The position numbers and the translations under genes were made by a program. DNA of 64,000 nucleotides from Candidatus Spongiisociaceae bacterium (GTDB lineage: Bacteria; Actinomycetota; Acidimicrobiia; Spongiisociales; Spongiisociaceae), in the NCBI GenBank assembly GCA_965202665.1, contig OZ241841.1, positions 1,735,367 through 1,799,366 of the forward strand, given 5' to 3'. A model generated the notes under the pieces. That model saw only the letters and a program-made list of their open reading frames with translations, had not been told where the DNA came from and searched no databases. Of the stretch, positions 18,040 through 28,004 are shown piece after piece (within the stretch, counting starts at the first letter, position 1; each line of letters begins with the position of its first letter).

Positions 18040-20457
18040 ATGCGGGACCAGGCACAAGTTGTCATCGTCGGCGGCGGGGCCATGGGGGTGGGGTTGCTCT
18101 ACTTTTTGGCCCACGAAGGGTGGACGGATGTCCTGCTGGTGGAAAAAGACGAGCTGACCTCCGGTTCCACTTGGCACGCGGCGGGCCTCACCCCGCATTT
18201 CATCGGAGACCTCAACTATTCCAAGGTGCACCGCGACACCATCGACCTGTACAAGGTGATCGAAGAGGAAACCGGCCTGCATTCCGGATGGCACGGTTGC
18301 GGGGCGGTGCGTTTGGCCCGCACCCGGGACGAGTCGGACTGGTTTCACTACGTCAAAGGCATTTTGGACTACAACGGGGTGGAATGCCATCTGCTGAGCC
18401 CCCGGGAAGTCACCGAGGTGGCCCCCCTGCTGGATGTGGAACCCGATGTGACCCTCGGTTTCTGGACTCCGGGCGACGGCTGGACCGACCCGTCGGCCGC
18501 CGCCAACGCCATGGCCGCCGGGGCCCGCAATTTGGGGGCGGAGATCAGCCGCCGCAACCGGGTGACCGACATGAACCAGCTGCCCGACGGAACCTGGGAG
18601 GTGATCACCGAAAAAGGCCGGGTGACGGCCGAACATGTGGTGAACGCCGCCGGATCCTACACCCCGCAACTGGGGGCGATGGTCGGTTTGGAGGTCCCCA
18701 TGGAGTCGGTCATCCACCAATACCTGGTCACGGAACGGATTGCGGAGGTGGCCGCCTTGGACAAGGAGCATCCGGTGGTGCGCGACCCCCGCTCCTCCTG
18801 TTATTACCGGCAGGAGCACGACGGGCTGATCATCGGCCCCTATGAACGGGAGGGGGCCAAAGAATACGGAACGGAGGGCATCGACTGGGATCTGACTTTC
18901 CATCTCACCCCGGTGGAGTTGGAGCGCCTGTTGCCCTGGCTGGAGTTGGCCGCCGCGCGCCTGCCCTGTTTCGCCGGGGCGGGGGTCAAACAGGTGGTGT
19001 CCGGCCCGATCACCCACACCCCGGACGCCGGCTTCCTGCTGGGCCCCGCCCCCGGGTTGCGCAACTACTGGTACTGCGCGGGGGCTTCCATCGGCATAAC
19101 CCAGGGGCCGGGGGCGGGCAAATACCTGGCGCAGTGGATGGTGCACGGCCAGACCGAAATCAACGTGGGGGGAATGGATCCCCGCCGTTTCGGCCCCTAC
19201 GCCCCGGGCCGCTACACCCACGAACGTTCCATCGACGAGTTCCACGAGATGTACCAGGTGCGGATGCCCAACGAGTACCGCCCGGCCGGGCGGCCCATGA
19301 AAACCACCCCCCTCTACGACGTCTTAGATAGCAAAGGGGCGCAGTGGCAGGAGGTGTGGGGATGGGAGCGGGCCATGTATTTCGCCCCCGAACCGGAGCA
19401 GTATTCTTTCCGCCGTTCCTCCGCCCATGATTTTACGGGCCGGGAGATCCGGGCCGTCCGCCGCAACGTAGGGGTGGCCGACCTGACCGCCTTCTCCAAG
19501 TTTGAAGTCACCGGTCCGGATGCGGCCGCCCTGCTGGACCGCTTGGCGGCCAACCGGCTCCCGGCCCGGGACGGCGGAATGCGCCTGGTGCATATGCTGA
19601 CCGACTTGGGCGGCATAGAAGCCGAAATGACCATCACCCGCTTGGGCGAGCAAAGGTTTTACCTCAATTCGGGCATCACCGGCCAGTGGCACGACTTCGA
19701 CTGGCTGGTTTCCCACATCCGCCCCGGCGAGCAAGCCCAAGTCACGGACGTGACCGACCGGCGGGGGATTTTGGCGGTCACCGGCCCCCGTTCCCGCGTT
19801 CTTCTCCAAAAGCTCACCGCCGCCGACCTGTCCAACGAGGTCTTCCCGTGGCTGACCGGCCGGGAGATGGAGGTGGCGGGCGCCCCCTGCCTGGGGTTGC
19901 GGGTTTCCTATGTGGGGGAGTTGGGATGGGAGCTGCACCTTCCCCTGGAGAACCTGGCCGACGTGTATCAGGCGGTGCAGGAGGCGGGCGCCCCGCTGGG
20001 TCTGGTCGATTTCGGGAGCCGGGCGATGAACATCATGCGCTTGGAGAAGGGATATAAGGCTTTCGGGGCCGAGCTGACCACCGAAATCACCCCGGTGGAG
20101 GCCCGGCTGGGGCGGTTCGTGGATTACGACAAGGATTTTCTGGGCAAACAGGCGACCGTCGCCCGCCGCGACCAAGCCGAGCCGTTGGACATGGTGCTGG
20201 TGTACGCCGAATTGGACGCATCCGACGCCGACTGCCTGGGCAATGAACCGGCCTACGACGGGGAGAGGATCATGGGCGTCACCACCAGCGGGGCCTGGGC
20301 CCATTCGGTGGACCGCAGCATCCTGTTCGCCTACGTCGATCCCCGATTCGAATCCCCCGGTTCCGCTTTTCAGGTGGGGGTGATGGGCGAACGGAGGGAG
20401 GCGGCCGTGTTGGCCGAACCGGTCTGGGATCCGCAAAACCTGCGGATCAGGGGCTGA
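18040..20457 (+). CDS. dimethylglycine/sarcosine dehydrogenase-family flavoprotein (FAD DAO domain + GcvT-like folate-binding domain)
   Basis: Start at MRDQAQVVIVGGGAMGVG (RBS GGAGGAAG). The DAO fold is followed by an aminomethyltransferase-like C-terminal region (RLEKGYKAFGAELTTEITPVEARLGRFV). 805 aa. Confidence 0.85.
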   Translation: MRDQAQVVIVGGGAMGVGLLYFLAHEGWTDVLLVEKDELTSGSTWHAAGLTPHFIGDLNYSKVHRDTIDLYKVIEEETGLHSGWHGCGAVRLARTRDESDWFHYVKGILDYNGVECHLLSPREVTEVAPLLDVEPDVTLGFWTPGDGWTDPSAAANAMAAGARNLGAEISRRNRVTDMNQLPDGTWEVITEKGRVTAEHVVNAAGSYTPQLGAMVGLEVPMESVIHQYLVTERIAEVAALDKEHPVVRDPRSSCYYRQEHDGLIIGPYEREGAKEYGTEGIDWDLTFHLTPVELERLLPWLELAAARLPCFAGAGVKQVVSGPITHTPDAGFLLGPAPGLRNYWYCAGASIGITQGPGAGKYLAQWMVHGQTEINVGGMDPRRFGPYAPGRYTHERSIDEFHEMYQVRMPNEYRPAGRPMKTTPLYDVLDSKGAQWQEVWGWERAMYFAPEPEQYSFRRSSAHDFTGREIRAVRRNVGVADLTAFSKFEVTGPDAAALLDRLAANRLPARDGGMRLVHMLTDLGGIEAEMTITRLGEQRFYLNSGITGQWHDFDWLVSHIRPGEQAQVTDVTDRRGILAVTGPRSRVLLQKLTAADLSNEVFPWLTGREMEVAGAPCLGLRVSYVGELGWELHLPLENLADVYQAVQEAGAPLGLVDFGSRAMNIMRLEKGYKAFGAELTTEITPVEARLGRFVDYDKDFLGKQATVARRDQAEPLDMVLVYAELDASDADCLGNEPAYDGERIMGVTTSGAWAHSVDRSILFAYVDPRFESPGSAFQVGVMGERREAAVLAEPVWDPQNLRIRG

Positions 20458-20458
20458 G

Positions 20459-22021
20459 ATGGCCGACCGCCGCCGCGCCGGGGGAAGGGCCGCCCGGATG
20501 GCCGCCCGGGCCGCCCCGCTGGCCGAAGAGGAACGCCCGGTTCGGCCCGGTTTGCCGGGCGGGGCTTTCAAGCCGCTGTCCGAATCCGACTGCCAACAGG
20601 TTTACGAGACGGCCCTGGTCCTGCTGGAGGAGGTGGGGGTGGCGGACCCGGTCCCCGAATTCATGGAAGCGGTCACCGGGGCGGGCGGATGGATGGACGA
20701 AGGGGGGCGGCTCCGCTACCCGCGGGGGGTGGTGGAAAAGGTCATCACCGAAACAGCCGCCCGGAGCTGGGTGTGGCACGGCTTGGACGAAGACCGCAGC
20801 ATAGAGGTTGGCGGCGACAAGGTCCATTTCGGCACTTCGGGGGCGGCCGTTTTGATGCTGGATTACGAAAACCGCTCTTTCCGCCCCACCACCACCGCCG
20901 ATTTGTACGACGCCGCCCGATTGGTGGACGTTTTGGAGCACATCCATTTTTTCGTCCGCACCGTGGTGACCAGGGATCTGGAAACCCCCCGGGAGGTGGA
21001 TCTGAACACGGCCTACGCGGTGATGATGGGCACTTCCAAACCGCAGGGCGTCTCTTTTTTCAAACCGGAGAACGTCTACGAGGCGGTGGCGATGTACGAC
21101 CACGTTTTAGGAGGGGAGGGGGAGTTTCGCCGCCGCCCGTTCGTCGCCGCCAACAACACCTTCGTGGTGCCGCCGTTGCGTTTCGCTTACGAGTCCACCG
21201 AATGCATGGTGGCCCAGATCGACGCCGGGATGCCCGTCAAACTGCTTTCCGCCGGGCAGGCGGGGGCCACTTCCCCGGCGGCCTTGGCCGGTTCGCTGGC
21301 GCAGGCCTTGGCCGAATGCCTGGCCGGCCTGACCAGCGTCAACCTGCTTTCCCCCGGTCATCCCTGCTCGTTGGACATGTGGCCGTTCGTGTCCGATCTG
21401 CGCACCGGGGCGATGAGCGGCGGGTCGGGGGAGGAGGCGGTGATGACCGCCGCCGCCGCCCAAATGGTGAACTGGCTGGATCTGCCGTCCGGGGTGGCGG
21501 CGGGGATGGCCGACTCCAAACTTCCCGACGGCCAGGCCGGATACGAGAAGGGGATCACCACCGTCCTGGCCGGGCAGGCGGGGGCCAATTTGATCAACGA
21601 GTCGGCGGGGATGCTGGGTTCCCTGCTGGTGTTTTCCCTGGAGTCGCTGGCGGTGGACAACGACATGCTGGGGGCGGCCAACCGCACCATCCGCGGCGTG
21701 GAAGTCAACCCGGATTCCCTGTCTTTGGAAACCATCAAAGAGGCCATCTTCGGCCCCGGCCATTTCCTGGGTTCCGAGCAGACCCTGCGCCTGATGCAAC
21801 GCGACTACGTGTACCCGCAGGTGGGGGATCGCAACAGCCCCGACGATTGGCGGGATCAGGGGGCGACCAACGTGGCGGAACGGGCGGGGGAGTACGTGCG
21901 CAAAGTGATGCGCACCCATTTCCCCGCCCACATCAGCCGGGAGCAGGACGCTTGGATTAGGGAGCGGATGCCCATCGCCCTGCCCGCGGACGAGGTGGTC
22001 GGCCTCGGAACCCGCTGGTAA
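20459..22021 (+). CDS. MttB-superfamily (non-pyrrolysine) methyltransferase, glycine betaine/trimethylamine:corrinoid methyltransferase-like
   Basis: About 500 aa. N-terminal LSESDCQQVYETALVLLEEVGV fits the MttB TIM-barrel family. No in-frame amber codon. Immediately downstream of the DMGDH-like gene, 1-nt gap. Confidence 0.65.
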   Translation: MADRRRAGGRAARMAARAAPLAEEERPVRPGLPGGAFKPLSESDCQQVYETALVLLEEVGVADPVPEFMEAVTGAGGWMDEGGRLRYPRGVVEKVITETAARSWVWHGLDEDRSIEVGGDKVHFGTSGAAVLMLDYENRSFRPTTTADLYDAARLVDVLEHIHFFVRTVVTRDLETPREVDLNTAYAVMMGTSKPQGVSFFKPENVYEAVAMYDHVLGGEGEFRRRPFVAANNTFVVPPLRFAYESTECMVAQIDAGMPVKLLSAGQAGATSPAALAGSLAQALAECLAGLTSVNLLSPGHPCSLDMWPFVSDLRTGAMSGGSGEEAVMTAAAAQMVNWLDLPSGVAAGMADSKLPDGQAGYEKGITTVLAGQAGANLINESAGMLGSLLVFSLESLAVDNDMLGAANRTIRGVEVNPDSLSLETIKEAIFGPGHFLGSEQTLRLMQRDYVYPQVGDRNSPDDWRDQGATNVAERAGEYVRKVMRTHFPAHISREQDAWIRERMPIALPADEVVGLGTRW

Positions 22022-22167
22022 GCCGAACAGAACATAAGGTAAGGGGGGTGTTGGGGTGGGGCTAGGGGCGATCGTACCGGGGGTGGGGGTGTTCAGCGTT
22101 TTAGGTAGGCGGTACCGGCGGCTGAACGGCGTCACTGAGCGCGTGCCCACCGGCTATAGCATGATGT

Positions 22168-22404
22168 ATGCTAAAAAGCGGAGGGCTGATGATGGATAAC
22201 CAAACCAGCAGGGCGGTGTTGCCGGTGGAGGCGGACGCGGGCGGGTGGCATCTGCAGGTGCCGTGGCCGGTGCTCCGCCGGTTGCGGATGAGCGGCCCGC
22301 CCGGTTTGCTCGTCGCTGTGGAAGACCGCTACCCGGATCGGGCGGCGGCGGAGACGGCGGCGGGACGGATAAACGAATGGAACACCGCAAGAAGGAGCGG
22401 ATGA
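22168..22404 (+). CDS. hypothetical small protein
   Basis: ORF only. Confidence 0.25.
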   Translation: MLKSGGLMMDNQTSRAVLPVEADAGGWHLQVPWPVLRRLRMSGPPGLLVAVEDRYPDRAAAETAAGRINEWNTARRSG

Positions 22405-22928
22405 TGGCCGACAACGCCGCCGGCGCCGACGCCGGAGCCGAAGCGCCGAGTTTGGAGCGGACATTACGAACCGCTGCCGAGGCGGGAATACGCGGCGCGC
22501 TGGCGGATCTGATCGCCGGAGACGCGTGGGACTCGGTGCGCTCCGAGTGGGGAGCGGATGACACCGGATCCGATAGCAGGTCAGGGTTGGCGCGGGTGCG
22601 TAAAAAGGTGCGGGAGGCGGTGCGGAAAGAACTAGCCGAGTTCGCCCGGAGAGCGGGTGGATGACGCGGCGGAGCATGCGGGGATTAGGCAGCGGAGGTT
22701 CCGTCTGGTGACATTTCTTGACCGCTGATTTCCAGTATCAGGACGTTTAAACATTTGGGTCAGGCGGGGGAGCAGCTGGGGCGGGAGCCGCGCGGGTTTC
22801 CCCGACCGGCGGTTGCGACGGGAAGTTCCAGCGTAGACGAGTTTCGTTACCAGGACTTCCGTCTGGTCGGTTACGATCCGCATGGGGCGTTGCGGGTTCC
22901 GATAGCGGTATGACCCGGCGGAACCCGG

Positions 22929-22941
22929 TGGAACCGGGGGG
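22929..22941. repeat. poly-G homopolymer immediately downstream of the SDR gene stop
   Basis: 13 consecutive G residues. Confidence 0.5.
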
Positions 22942-22948
22942 GGGGGGG

Positions 22949-23710
22949 TCAGCGGGGGGCCATGCGGATGCCGCCGTCCATGCGGATGGTTTCCCCGTTC
23001 ATATAGTCGTGGCGGATCAGAAACACCGCCAGCTCGGCGTATTCCTCCGGGGTTCCCAGCCGCTTGGGATGCAGCACCTGCTGCCCCAGCGACTCTTTGG
23101 CCGGTTCGGGCAGGCCCGCCAGCAACGGCGTGTCGATGATGCCGGGGGCGACGGTGTTGACCCGGATTCCCAAAGAGGACAGGTCGCGGGCGATGGGCAA
23201 AGTCATTCCCACTATCCCCCCTTTGGAGGCCGAGTAGGCGGCCTGCCCGATCTGCCCGTCGTAGGCGGCCACCGAGGCGGTGTTGACCATCGCCCCCCGG
23301 CTGTTGTGTTCGCCCGGCTGGTTTCCGGCCATGGCCGCGGCCGCCAAACGGATGGTGTTGAAAGTGCCGGTCAGATTAATGTCGATCACTTTTTGGAAAT
23401 GCCGCAGGGAATGGGGGGTTCCGTCCCGGTTGAGGGTGCGGGAGGGCGGGCCGATGCCGGCGCAGTTCACCACCGCCCGGATTTCCGCCATCTCCGCCGC
23501 CGCCGCCACCCCGGCCGCAACCTCTTCTTCGTCGGTGACATCGCAGTGCACGAACGCCCCGCCCGCCTCCGCCGCCGTCCGTTCCCCCAGTTCATCGTTC
23601 ACGTCCAAGACGGCCACTTTCATGCCCCGGGCCGCCAAAGCCCGCACCGCGGCCGCTCCCAGCCCGGAGGCCCCGCCGGTCACCACCGCCGCCGCTCCTT
23701 TGATTTCCAT
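22949..23710 (-). CDS. SDR-family 3-hydroxyacyl-CoA dehydrogenase (HSD17B10-like)
   Basis: TGGASGLG, NCAG and YSASK motifs; 253 aa; divergent from paaA. Confidence 0.8.
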   Translation of the reverse strand: MEIKGAAAVVTGGASGLGAAAVRALAARGMKVAVLDVNDELGERTAAEAGGAFVHCDVTDEEEVAAGVAAAAEMAEIRAVVNCAGIGPPSRTLNRDGTPHSLRHFQKVIDINLTGTFNTIRLAAAAMAGNQPGEHNSRGAMVNTASVAAYDGQIGQAAYSASKGGIVGMTLPIARDLSSLGIRVNTVAPGIIDTPLLAGLPEPAKESLGQQVLHPKRLGTPEEYAELAVFLIRHDYMNGETIRMDGGIRMAPR

Positions 23711-23783
23711 ATTCGGTTTCCTTTCCTCGCGCCCGGCGCCGCCGGGCCTCGCCCAATGTCCGCCCCTTACACTACCACCCCGT

Positions 23784-23812
23784 TTGCCTAACGAACGTTC
23801 GTTCGCTAAAAT
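23784..23812 (+). promoter_or_regulatory. paaA promoter with overlapping PaaR-type palindromic operator
   Basis: -35 TTGCCT (23784-89), 17-nt spacer containing the perfect palindrome AACGAACGTTCGTT (23790-23803), -10 TAAAAT (23807-12), and ATG at 23821 (near-leaderless). The palindrome fits the CNAACGNNCGTTNG-type TetR/PaaR boxes reported for Thermus. Confidence 0.5.
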
Positions 23813-23820
23813 AAGACCGT

Positions 23821-24792
23821 ATGACCACCGCGGTTAGTTCCGATCAACGGCGGGCGGAGGGCCCGGAAAGGTTCGCGGCCCTGCTGGCCGCCGACCGAAA
23901 AGTGGAGCCCAAGGACTGGATGCCGGAGGAATACCGGGGCACGCTCATCCGCCAGATGGCCCAGCACGCCCATTCGGAAGTGATCGGGATGCAACCGGAG
24001 GGCAACTGGATCACCCGCGCCCCGTCCCTGTTGCGCAAAGCCATCCTGATAGCCAAAGTGCAGGACGAGGCGGGCCACGGCCTCTACCTCTACGCGGCGG
24101 CCGAAACCTTGGGGATAACCCGCGATCAGATGATGGAAATGCTGCACGACGGCCGCCACAAATACTCCTCCATTTTCAACTACCCCACCCCCACCTGGGC
24201 CGACATAGGGGCCATCGGATGGCTGGTGGACGGGGCGGCCATCGTCAACCAGTTGATGCTCACCCGTTGCTCCTTCGGCCCCTATGCGCGGGCCATGATC
24301 CGCATCTGCACCGAAGAGTCTTTCCATCAGCGGCAGGGATTTCAGATAATGCTCGCCCTCAGCCGGGGAACCCCCGAACAGCGGGAGATGGCCCAAGACG
24401 CCCTGAACCGGTGGTGGTGGCCGTCGCTTCACATGTTCGGCCCGCACGACGCCGACTCCGTCCATTCGCAACAGTCCATGGCCTGGAACATCAAACGCCA
24501 GTCCAACGATGAACTGCGGCAGGCTTTCGTGGACATGACCGTTCCCCAAGCCGACTTTCTGGGCCTGCGCGTCCCCGATCCCGACCTGGCCTGGAACCCG
24601 GAGCGCGGACATTACGACTTCGGGGAGATCGACTGGGAGGAGTTCTGGGCGGTGGTGTCCGGCGACGGCCCGCTCAACCGGGAGCGAATCGCCCACAAGC
24701 GGGCCGCCTGGGAGGAGGGGGCCTGGGTGCGGGAGGCGGCCGCCGCCTACGCCGCCCGCAACGGGGAGGCCCGGCCGCCGCGGGCCGCCTGA
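23821..24792 (+). CDS. paaA: 1,2-phenylacetyl-CoA epoxidase subunit A
   Basis: Di-iron ferritin-like motifs [13 protein letters not shown] and ESFHQRQG with PaaA-like length and context. Confidence 0.9.
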   Translation: MTTAVSSDQRRAEGPERFAALLAADRKVEPKDWMPEEYRGTLIRQMAQHAHSEVIGMQPEGNWITRAPSLLRKAILIAKVQDEAGHGLYLYAAAETLGITRDQMMEMLHDGRHKYSSIFNYPTPTWADIGAIGWLVDGAAIVNQLMLTRCSFGPYARAMIRICTEESFHQRQGFQIMLALSRGTPEQREMAQDALNRWWWPSLHMFGPHDADSVHSQQSMAWNIKRQSNDELRQAFVDMTVPQADFLGLRVPDPDLAWNPERGHYDFGEIDWEEFWAVVSGDGPLNRERIAHKRAAWEEGAWVREAAAAYAARNGEARPPRAA

Positions 24793-25148
24793 TGGTCTAC
24801 GAAGTCCATTCCCGACCCGGCGCCCCCCCGCCGCAAGAACCCACGGAGCCCGCGGAGGGGCGGGGAGGGCTGGGTTGGCCGCTGTGGGAGGTGTTCGTGC
24901 GCCAGCGGCGGGGCCTCCACCATGTTCACGCCGGCAGCCTGCACGCCCCCGACGCCGAAACCGCCCTGCGCAGCGCCCGCGACGTGTACACCCGCCGGGT
25001 GGAGGGCGTTTCCATCTGGGTGGCCCCTTCGGCCCTGATTACCGCCTCGGACCCGGAGGCGGCCCCGGAATGGTTCGACCCGTCCGCCGACAAGCCCTAC
25101 CGCCACCCCACCTTCTACGACCTGCCCGACGAGGCGGGGCGCATCTGA
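24792..25148 (+). CDS. paaB: 1,2-phenylacetyl-CoA epoxidase subunit B
   Basis: PLWEVFVRQRRGLHHVHAGSLHAPDAE PaaB signature; ATGA overlap with paaA. Confidence 0.85.
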   Translation: MVYEVHSRPGAPPPQEPTEPAEGRGGLGWPLWEVFVRQRRGLHHVHAGSLHAPDAETALRSARDVYTRRVEGVSIWVAPSALITASDPEAAPEWFDPSADKPYRHPTFYDLPDEAGRI

Positions 25149-25897
25149 TGCCCGCCGCCTTCGAATACGTTTTGCGGTTCGGCGACGACAACCTGATCAT
25201 CGCCCAGCGGCTGTCGGAATGGTCTTCCCATGCGCACGACCTGGAGGAGGACATCGCCCTCTCCAACATCGCCTTGGACCATCTGGGCCAGGCCCGGGCC
25301 CTGCTGGCCTACGCCGGGGAACTGGAGGGGGCCGGGCGCTCCGAAGACCACCTGGCTTTCCATCGGGGGGAGCGGGATTTCGTCAACCTGCTGTTGGCGG
25401 AGCGCCCCAACCGGGATTTCGCCCACACCATCCTCCGGCAACTGCTTTTCTCCTTATACCAGGAACTGCTGTGGGAGGGGCTGGCCGCCTCCGCCGACCG
25501 CCGCCTGGCGGGCGTGGCGGGCAAAGCGGTAAAAGAGGCCCGCTACCACCGGGAGCACGCCGCCGCCTGGGCGGTCCGGCTGGGGGCCGGAACCGAAGAG
25601 TCGCACCGCCGGATGACCGAGGCCCTGGCCGCCCTGTGGCCGTTCACGGACGAGCCATTTGCGATGGACGTCCTGGACGGGGAGATGATCGCCGCCGGGA
25701 TGGGGCCGGACATGGCCGCCCGCCGCCCGGCCTGGGCGGAGCGGACGGGGGCCGTTCTGGCCGAAGCCGGTCTGGTGGAACCCCCCGACCCGTACCGCAA
25801 ATCCGGGGGGCGGCGGGGAATGCACGGCGAAGAGTTCGGTTTCCTGCTGGCGGAGATGCAGTTTCTGCCCCGGGCCATGCCGGAGGCGGTCTGGTGA
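25148..25897 (+). CDS. paaC: 1,2-phenylacetyl-CoA epoxidase subunit C
   Basis: MPAAFEYVLRFGDDNLIIAQRLSEW...LDHLGQAR PaaC pattern; overlap-coupled start at 25148. Confidence 0.85.
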   Translation: MPAAFEYVLRFGDDNLIIAQRLSEWSSHAHDLEEDIALSNIALDHLGQARALLAYAGELEGAGRSEDHLAFHRGERDFVNLLLAERPNRDFAHTILRQLLFSLYQELLWEGLAASADRRLAGVAGKAVKEARYHREHAAAWAVRLGAGTEESHRRMTEALAALWPFTDEPFAMDVLDGEMIAAGMGPDMAARRPAWAERTGAVLAEAGLVEPPDPYRKSGGRRGMHGEEFGFLLAEMQFLPRAMPEAVW

Positions 25898-26376
25898 GCG
25901 GCCCCCCGGCCGACCCGGCCCGGCGCATACGGGAGTTGCTGGCGGCCATCCCCGACCCGGAACTGCCCGCTTTGACCATCGGCGAGCTGGGTATTCTGCG
26001 GGAAGTCCGGCTGCGGGGGGACCGGGTGCGGGTGGTGGTAACCCCCACCTATTCAGGGTGCCCGGCTACCGAAGCCATCCGGGAGGACATCGCCCGGGCG
26101 GTACGGGAGCAGGGGCTGCAGCCGGAGGTGGAAACCGCTTTTTCCCCGGCTTGGACCACCGACTGGCTCACCGAAGAGGCCAAAGCCAAACTGCTGGCCG
26201 CCGGCATAGCCCCCCCGGCCGGCCGAACAGGCGATCCCGCCCCGCCTGCGGTGCGCTGCCCCCGGTGCGCGGGCGGGGAGACGAGGACGATCAGCCGGTT
26301 CGGCTCCACCGCCTGCAAGGCCCTGCTGGCCTGCCGGGAATGCGGGGAGCCGTTCGACTATTTCAAAGTCCACTGA
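25894..26376 (+). CDS. paaD: phenylacetate-CoA oxygenase subunit PaaD (SUF-like)
   Basis: DPELPALTIGELGILREV and C-terminal CPRCAGGETRTISRFGSTACKALLACRECGEPFDYFK; GTG start overlapping the paaC stop. Confidence 0.8.
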   Translation: MSGPPADPARRIRELLAAIPDPELPALTIGELGILREVRLRGDRVRVVVTPTYSGCPATEAIREDIARAVREQGLQPEVETAFSPAWTTDWLTEEAKAKLLAAGIAPPAGRTGDPAPPAVRCPRCAGGETRTISRFGSTACKALLACRECGEPFDYFKVH

Positions 26377-27443
26377 TGCCGGCCCCGGTTTTCCACCGGT
26401 TGCGGGTGGCGGAAGTGGAACCTTTGACCGAAGAGGCGGTGGCCGTCACTTTCGCCGTCCCCGATCATCTGGCCGAAGAGTTCGCCTACCTGCCGGGACA
26501 GCACCTGGTCATCCGGGCGGAAATCGACGGGCGGGACGTCCGCCGTTCCTATTCCATCTGCGCCAACGCCAACACCGGCCGCTTGCGGGTGGGGGTGAAA
26601 AAGTTGGCGGGCGGGGCGTTTTCCACCTGGGCCAACACCCGGTTGGCGGCCGGCCAAACCTTGCAGGTGGCCCCCCCGGTGGGGGAGTTCACCATCAAAC
26701 CCGACCCCGGCCGGGCCCGCCATTACCTGGCCGTCGCCGCCGGCAGCGGGGTGACCCCCGTTTTTTCCCATCTCGCCACCGTGTTGGATACCGAACCGGA
26801 CAGCCGTTTCACCCTCGTCTACGGCAATCGGGAAACCCGTTCCGTAATGTTTTTGGAAGAGCTGCAAGCATGCAAAGACAGGTTTCCGGATCGTTTCCAT
26901 CTCATCCATTTTTTCAGCCGGGAGCCGCAGCCGGTGGAACTTTTTTCGGGGCGCATCTCCCCCGACCGCCTGCAACGGCTGTTCAGCCGGGTGGTGGACG
27001 CCGATTCGGTGGACGCCTGGCTTCTGTGCGGCCCGCAACGAATGACCGCCGAAGTAGGGGCCTTCCTGCGGGAGCGGGGGATCCCCCCGGAGGACGTCCA
27101 CAGCGAACTGTTCTACGAGGGGGAGGCGGCCGTTTCCCCCCCGCCCCTTAAGAATAAGGAGGGGGCGGCCCGGGTGGAGTTCACTTTGGACGGGCGGGCC
27201 TCGGCGGTTTCGGTGGACCCGGACGGCCCTTCCATCCTGGACTACGCCTTGGCGGTGCGCCGGGAGCTGCCTTTCGCCTGCAAAGGCGGGGTGTGCGCCA
27301 CCTGCAAGGCCCGGGTGACGGAAGGGGAGGTGCGGATGGACAAAAACTGGGCCCTTATGGAAGCGGAGGTGGGGCGGGGCCTGGTCCTCACCTGCCAGTC
27401 CCATCCGGTCTCGGAGCGGGTCGTTTTGGACTACGACGTATGA
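26376..27443 (+). CDS. paaE: phenylacetate-CoA oxygenase reductase subunit PaaE (FNR-like + 2Fe-2S ferredoxin)
   Basis: RRSYSIC FAD-binding motif, NAD-binding domain and C-terminal CKGGVCATCKARV 2Fe-2S motif. Confidence 0.85.
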   Translation: MPAPVFHRLRVAEVEPLTEEAVAVTFAVPDHLAEEFAYLPGQHLVIRAEIDGRDVRRSYSICANANTGRLRVGVKKLAGGAFSTWANTRLAAGQTLQVAPPVGEFTIKPDPGRARHYLAVAAGSGVTPVFSHLATVLDTEPDSRFTLVYGNRETRSVMFLEELQACKDRFPDRFHLIHFFSREPQPVELFSGRISPDRLQRLFSRVVDADSVDAWLLCGPQRMTAEVGAFLRERGIPPEDVHSELFYEGEAAVSPPPLKNKEGAARVEFTLDGRASAVSVDPDGPSILDYALAVRRELPFACKGGVCATCKARVTEGEVRMDKNWALMEAEVGRGLVLTCQSHPVSERVVLDYDV

Positions 27444-27991
27444 ACACCCGGGAGGACGTGGTGGCGGCCGCCGGGCGGATGTTCGCCCGCTACGGCTACG
27501 AGGGCACTTCCATGCGGGATCTGGGGCGGGAGGTGGGGCTGCTGGTGTCTTCCCTCTATTCGCACATCGGTTCCAAGCAGGATCTGCTGCTGGAGGTGGT
27601 GGCCCGGGGGGAGGAACTTTTCGGGGCGTCGGCGGAGCGGGCCCCGGCGGGGGGCAACGGCCGGGAACGTCTGCGGGGGTTGGTGGCCGGGCACATCGAC
27701 GTGGCGCTGGACCACCGGGACGAGGTGCGTACTTTTCTAAACGAGGCCCGTTCGCTGGACGAAGAGCACCGGGCGCGGGTGGTGGAGGCCCGCAACCGCT
27801 ATGAGGAAATCTTCCGGGAGGCCATCCGGGCCGGGGCGGGGGACGGTTCCCTGCGGCCGGATACCGATGCGAAGCTGACCGCCATTTTCCTGCTGTCCGT
27901 TCTCAACGCCCTGGACCGCTGGTTTTCCGAGTCGGGCCGCCTTTCCCGGCGGGAGCTGGCCGATGCGATAATGTCGTTCGCGGTGCGATAG
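27440..27991 (+). CDS. paaR: TetR-family transcriptional regulator, likely paa operon repressor
   Basis: TetR HTH AAAGRMFARYGYEGTSMRDLGREVG; overlap-coupled to the paaE stop. The paaA upstream region carries a matching palindrome. Confidence 0.7.
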   Translation: MNTREDVVAAAGRMFARYGYEGTSMRDLGREVGLLVSSLYSHIGSKQDLLLEVVARGEELFGASAERAPAGGNGRERLRGLVAGHIDVALDHRDEVRTFLNEARSLDEEHRARVVEARNRYEEIFREAIRAGAGDGSLRPDTDAKLTAIFLLSVLNALDRWFSESGRLSRRELADAIMSFAVR

Positions 27992-28004
27992 CGGGAGTAG
28001 GGCG

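Noticed and set aside
22168-22664. Pair of small overlapping ORFs (78 and ~90 aa) considered as a possible AbrB/MazE-type toxin-antitoxin pair
   Set aside because: There are no convincing antitoxin or toxin motifs. Their composition is typical of random GC-rich ORFs. They are kept only as a low-confidence hypothetical, and the second is not listed.
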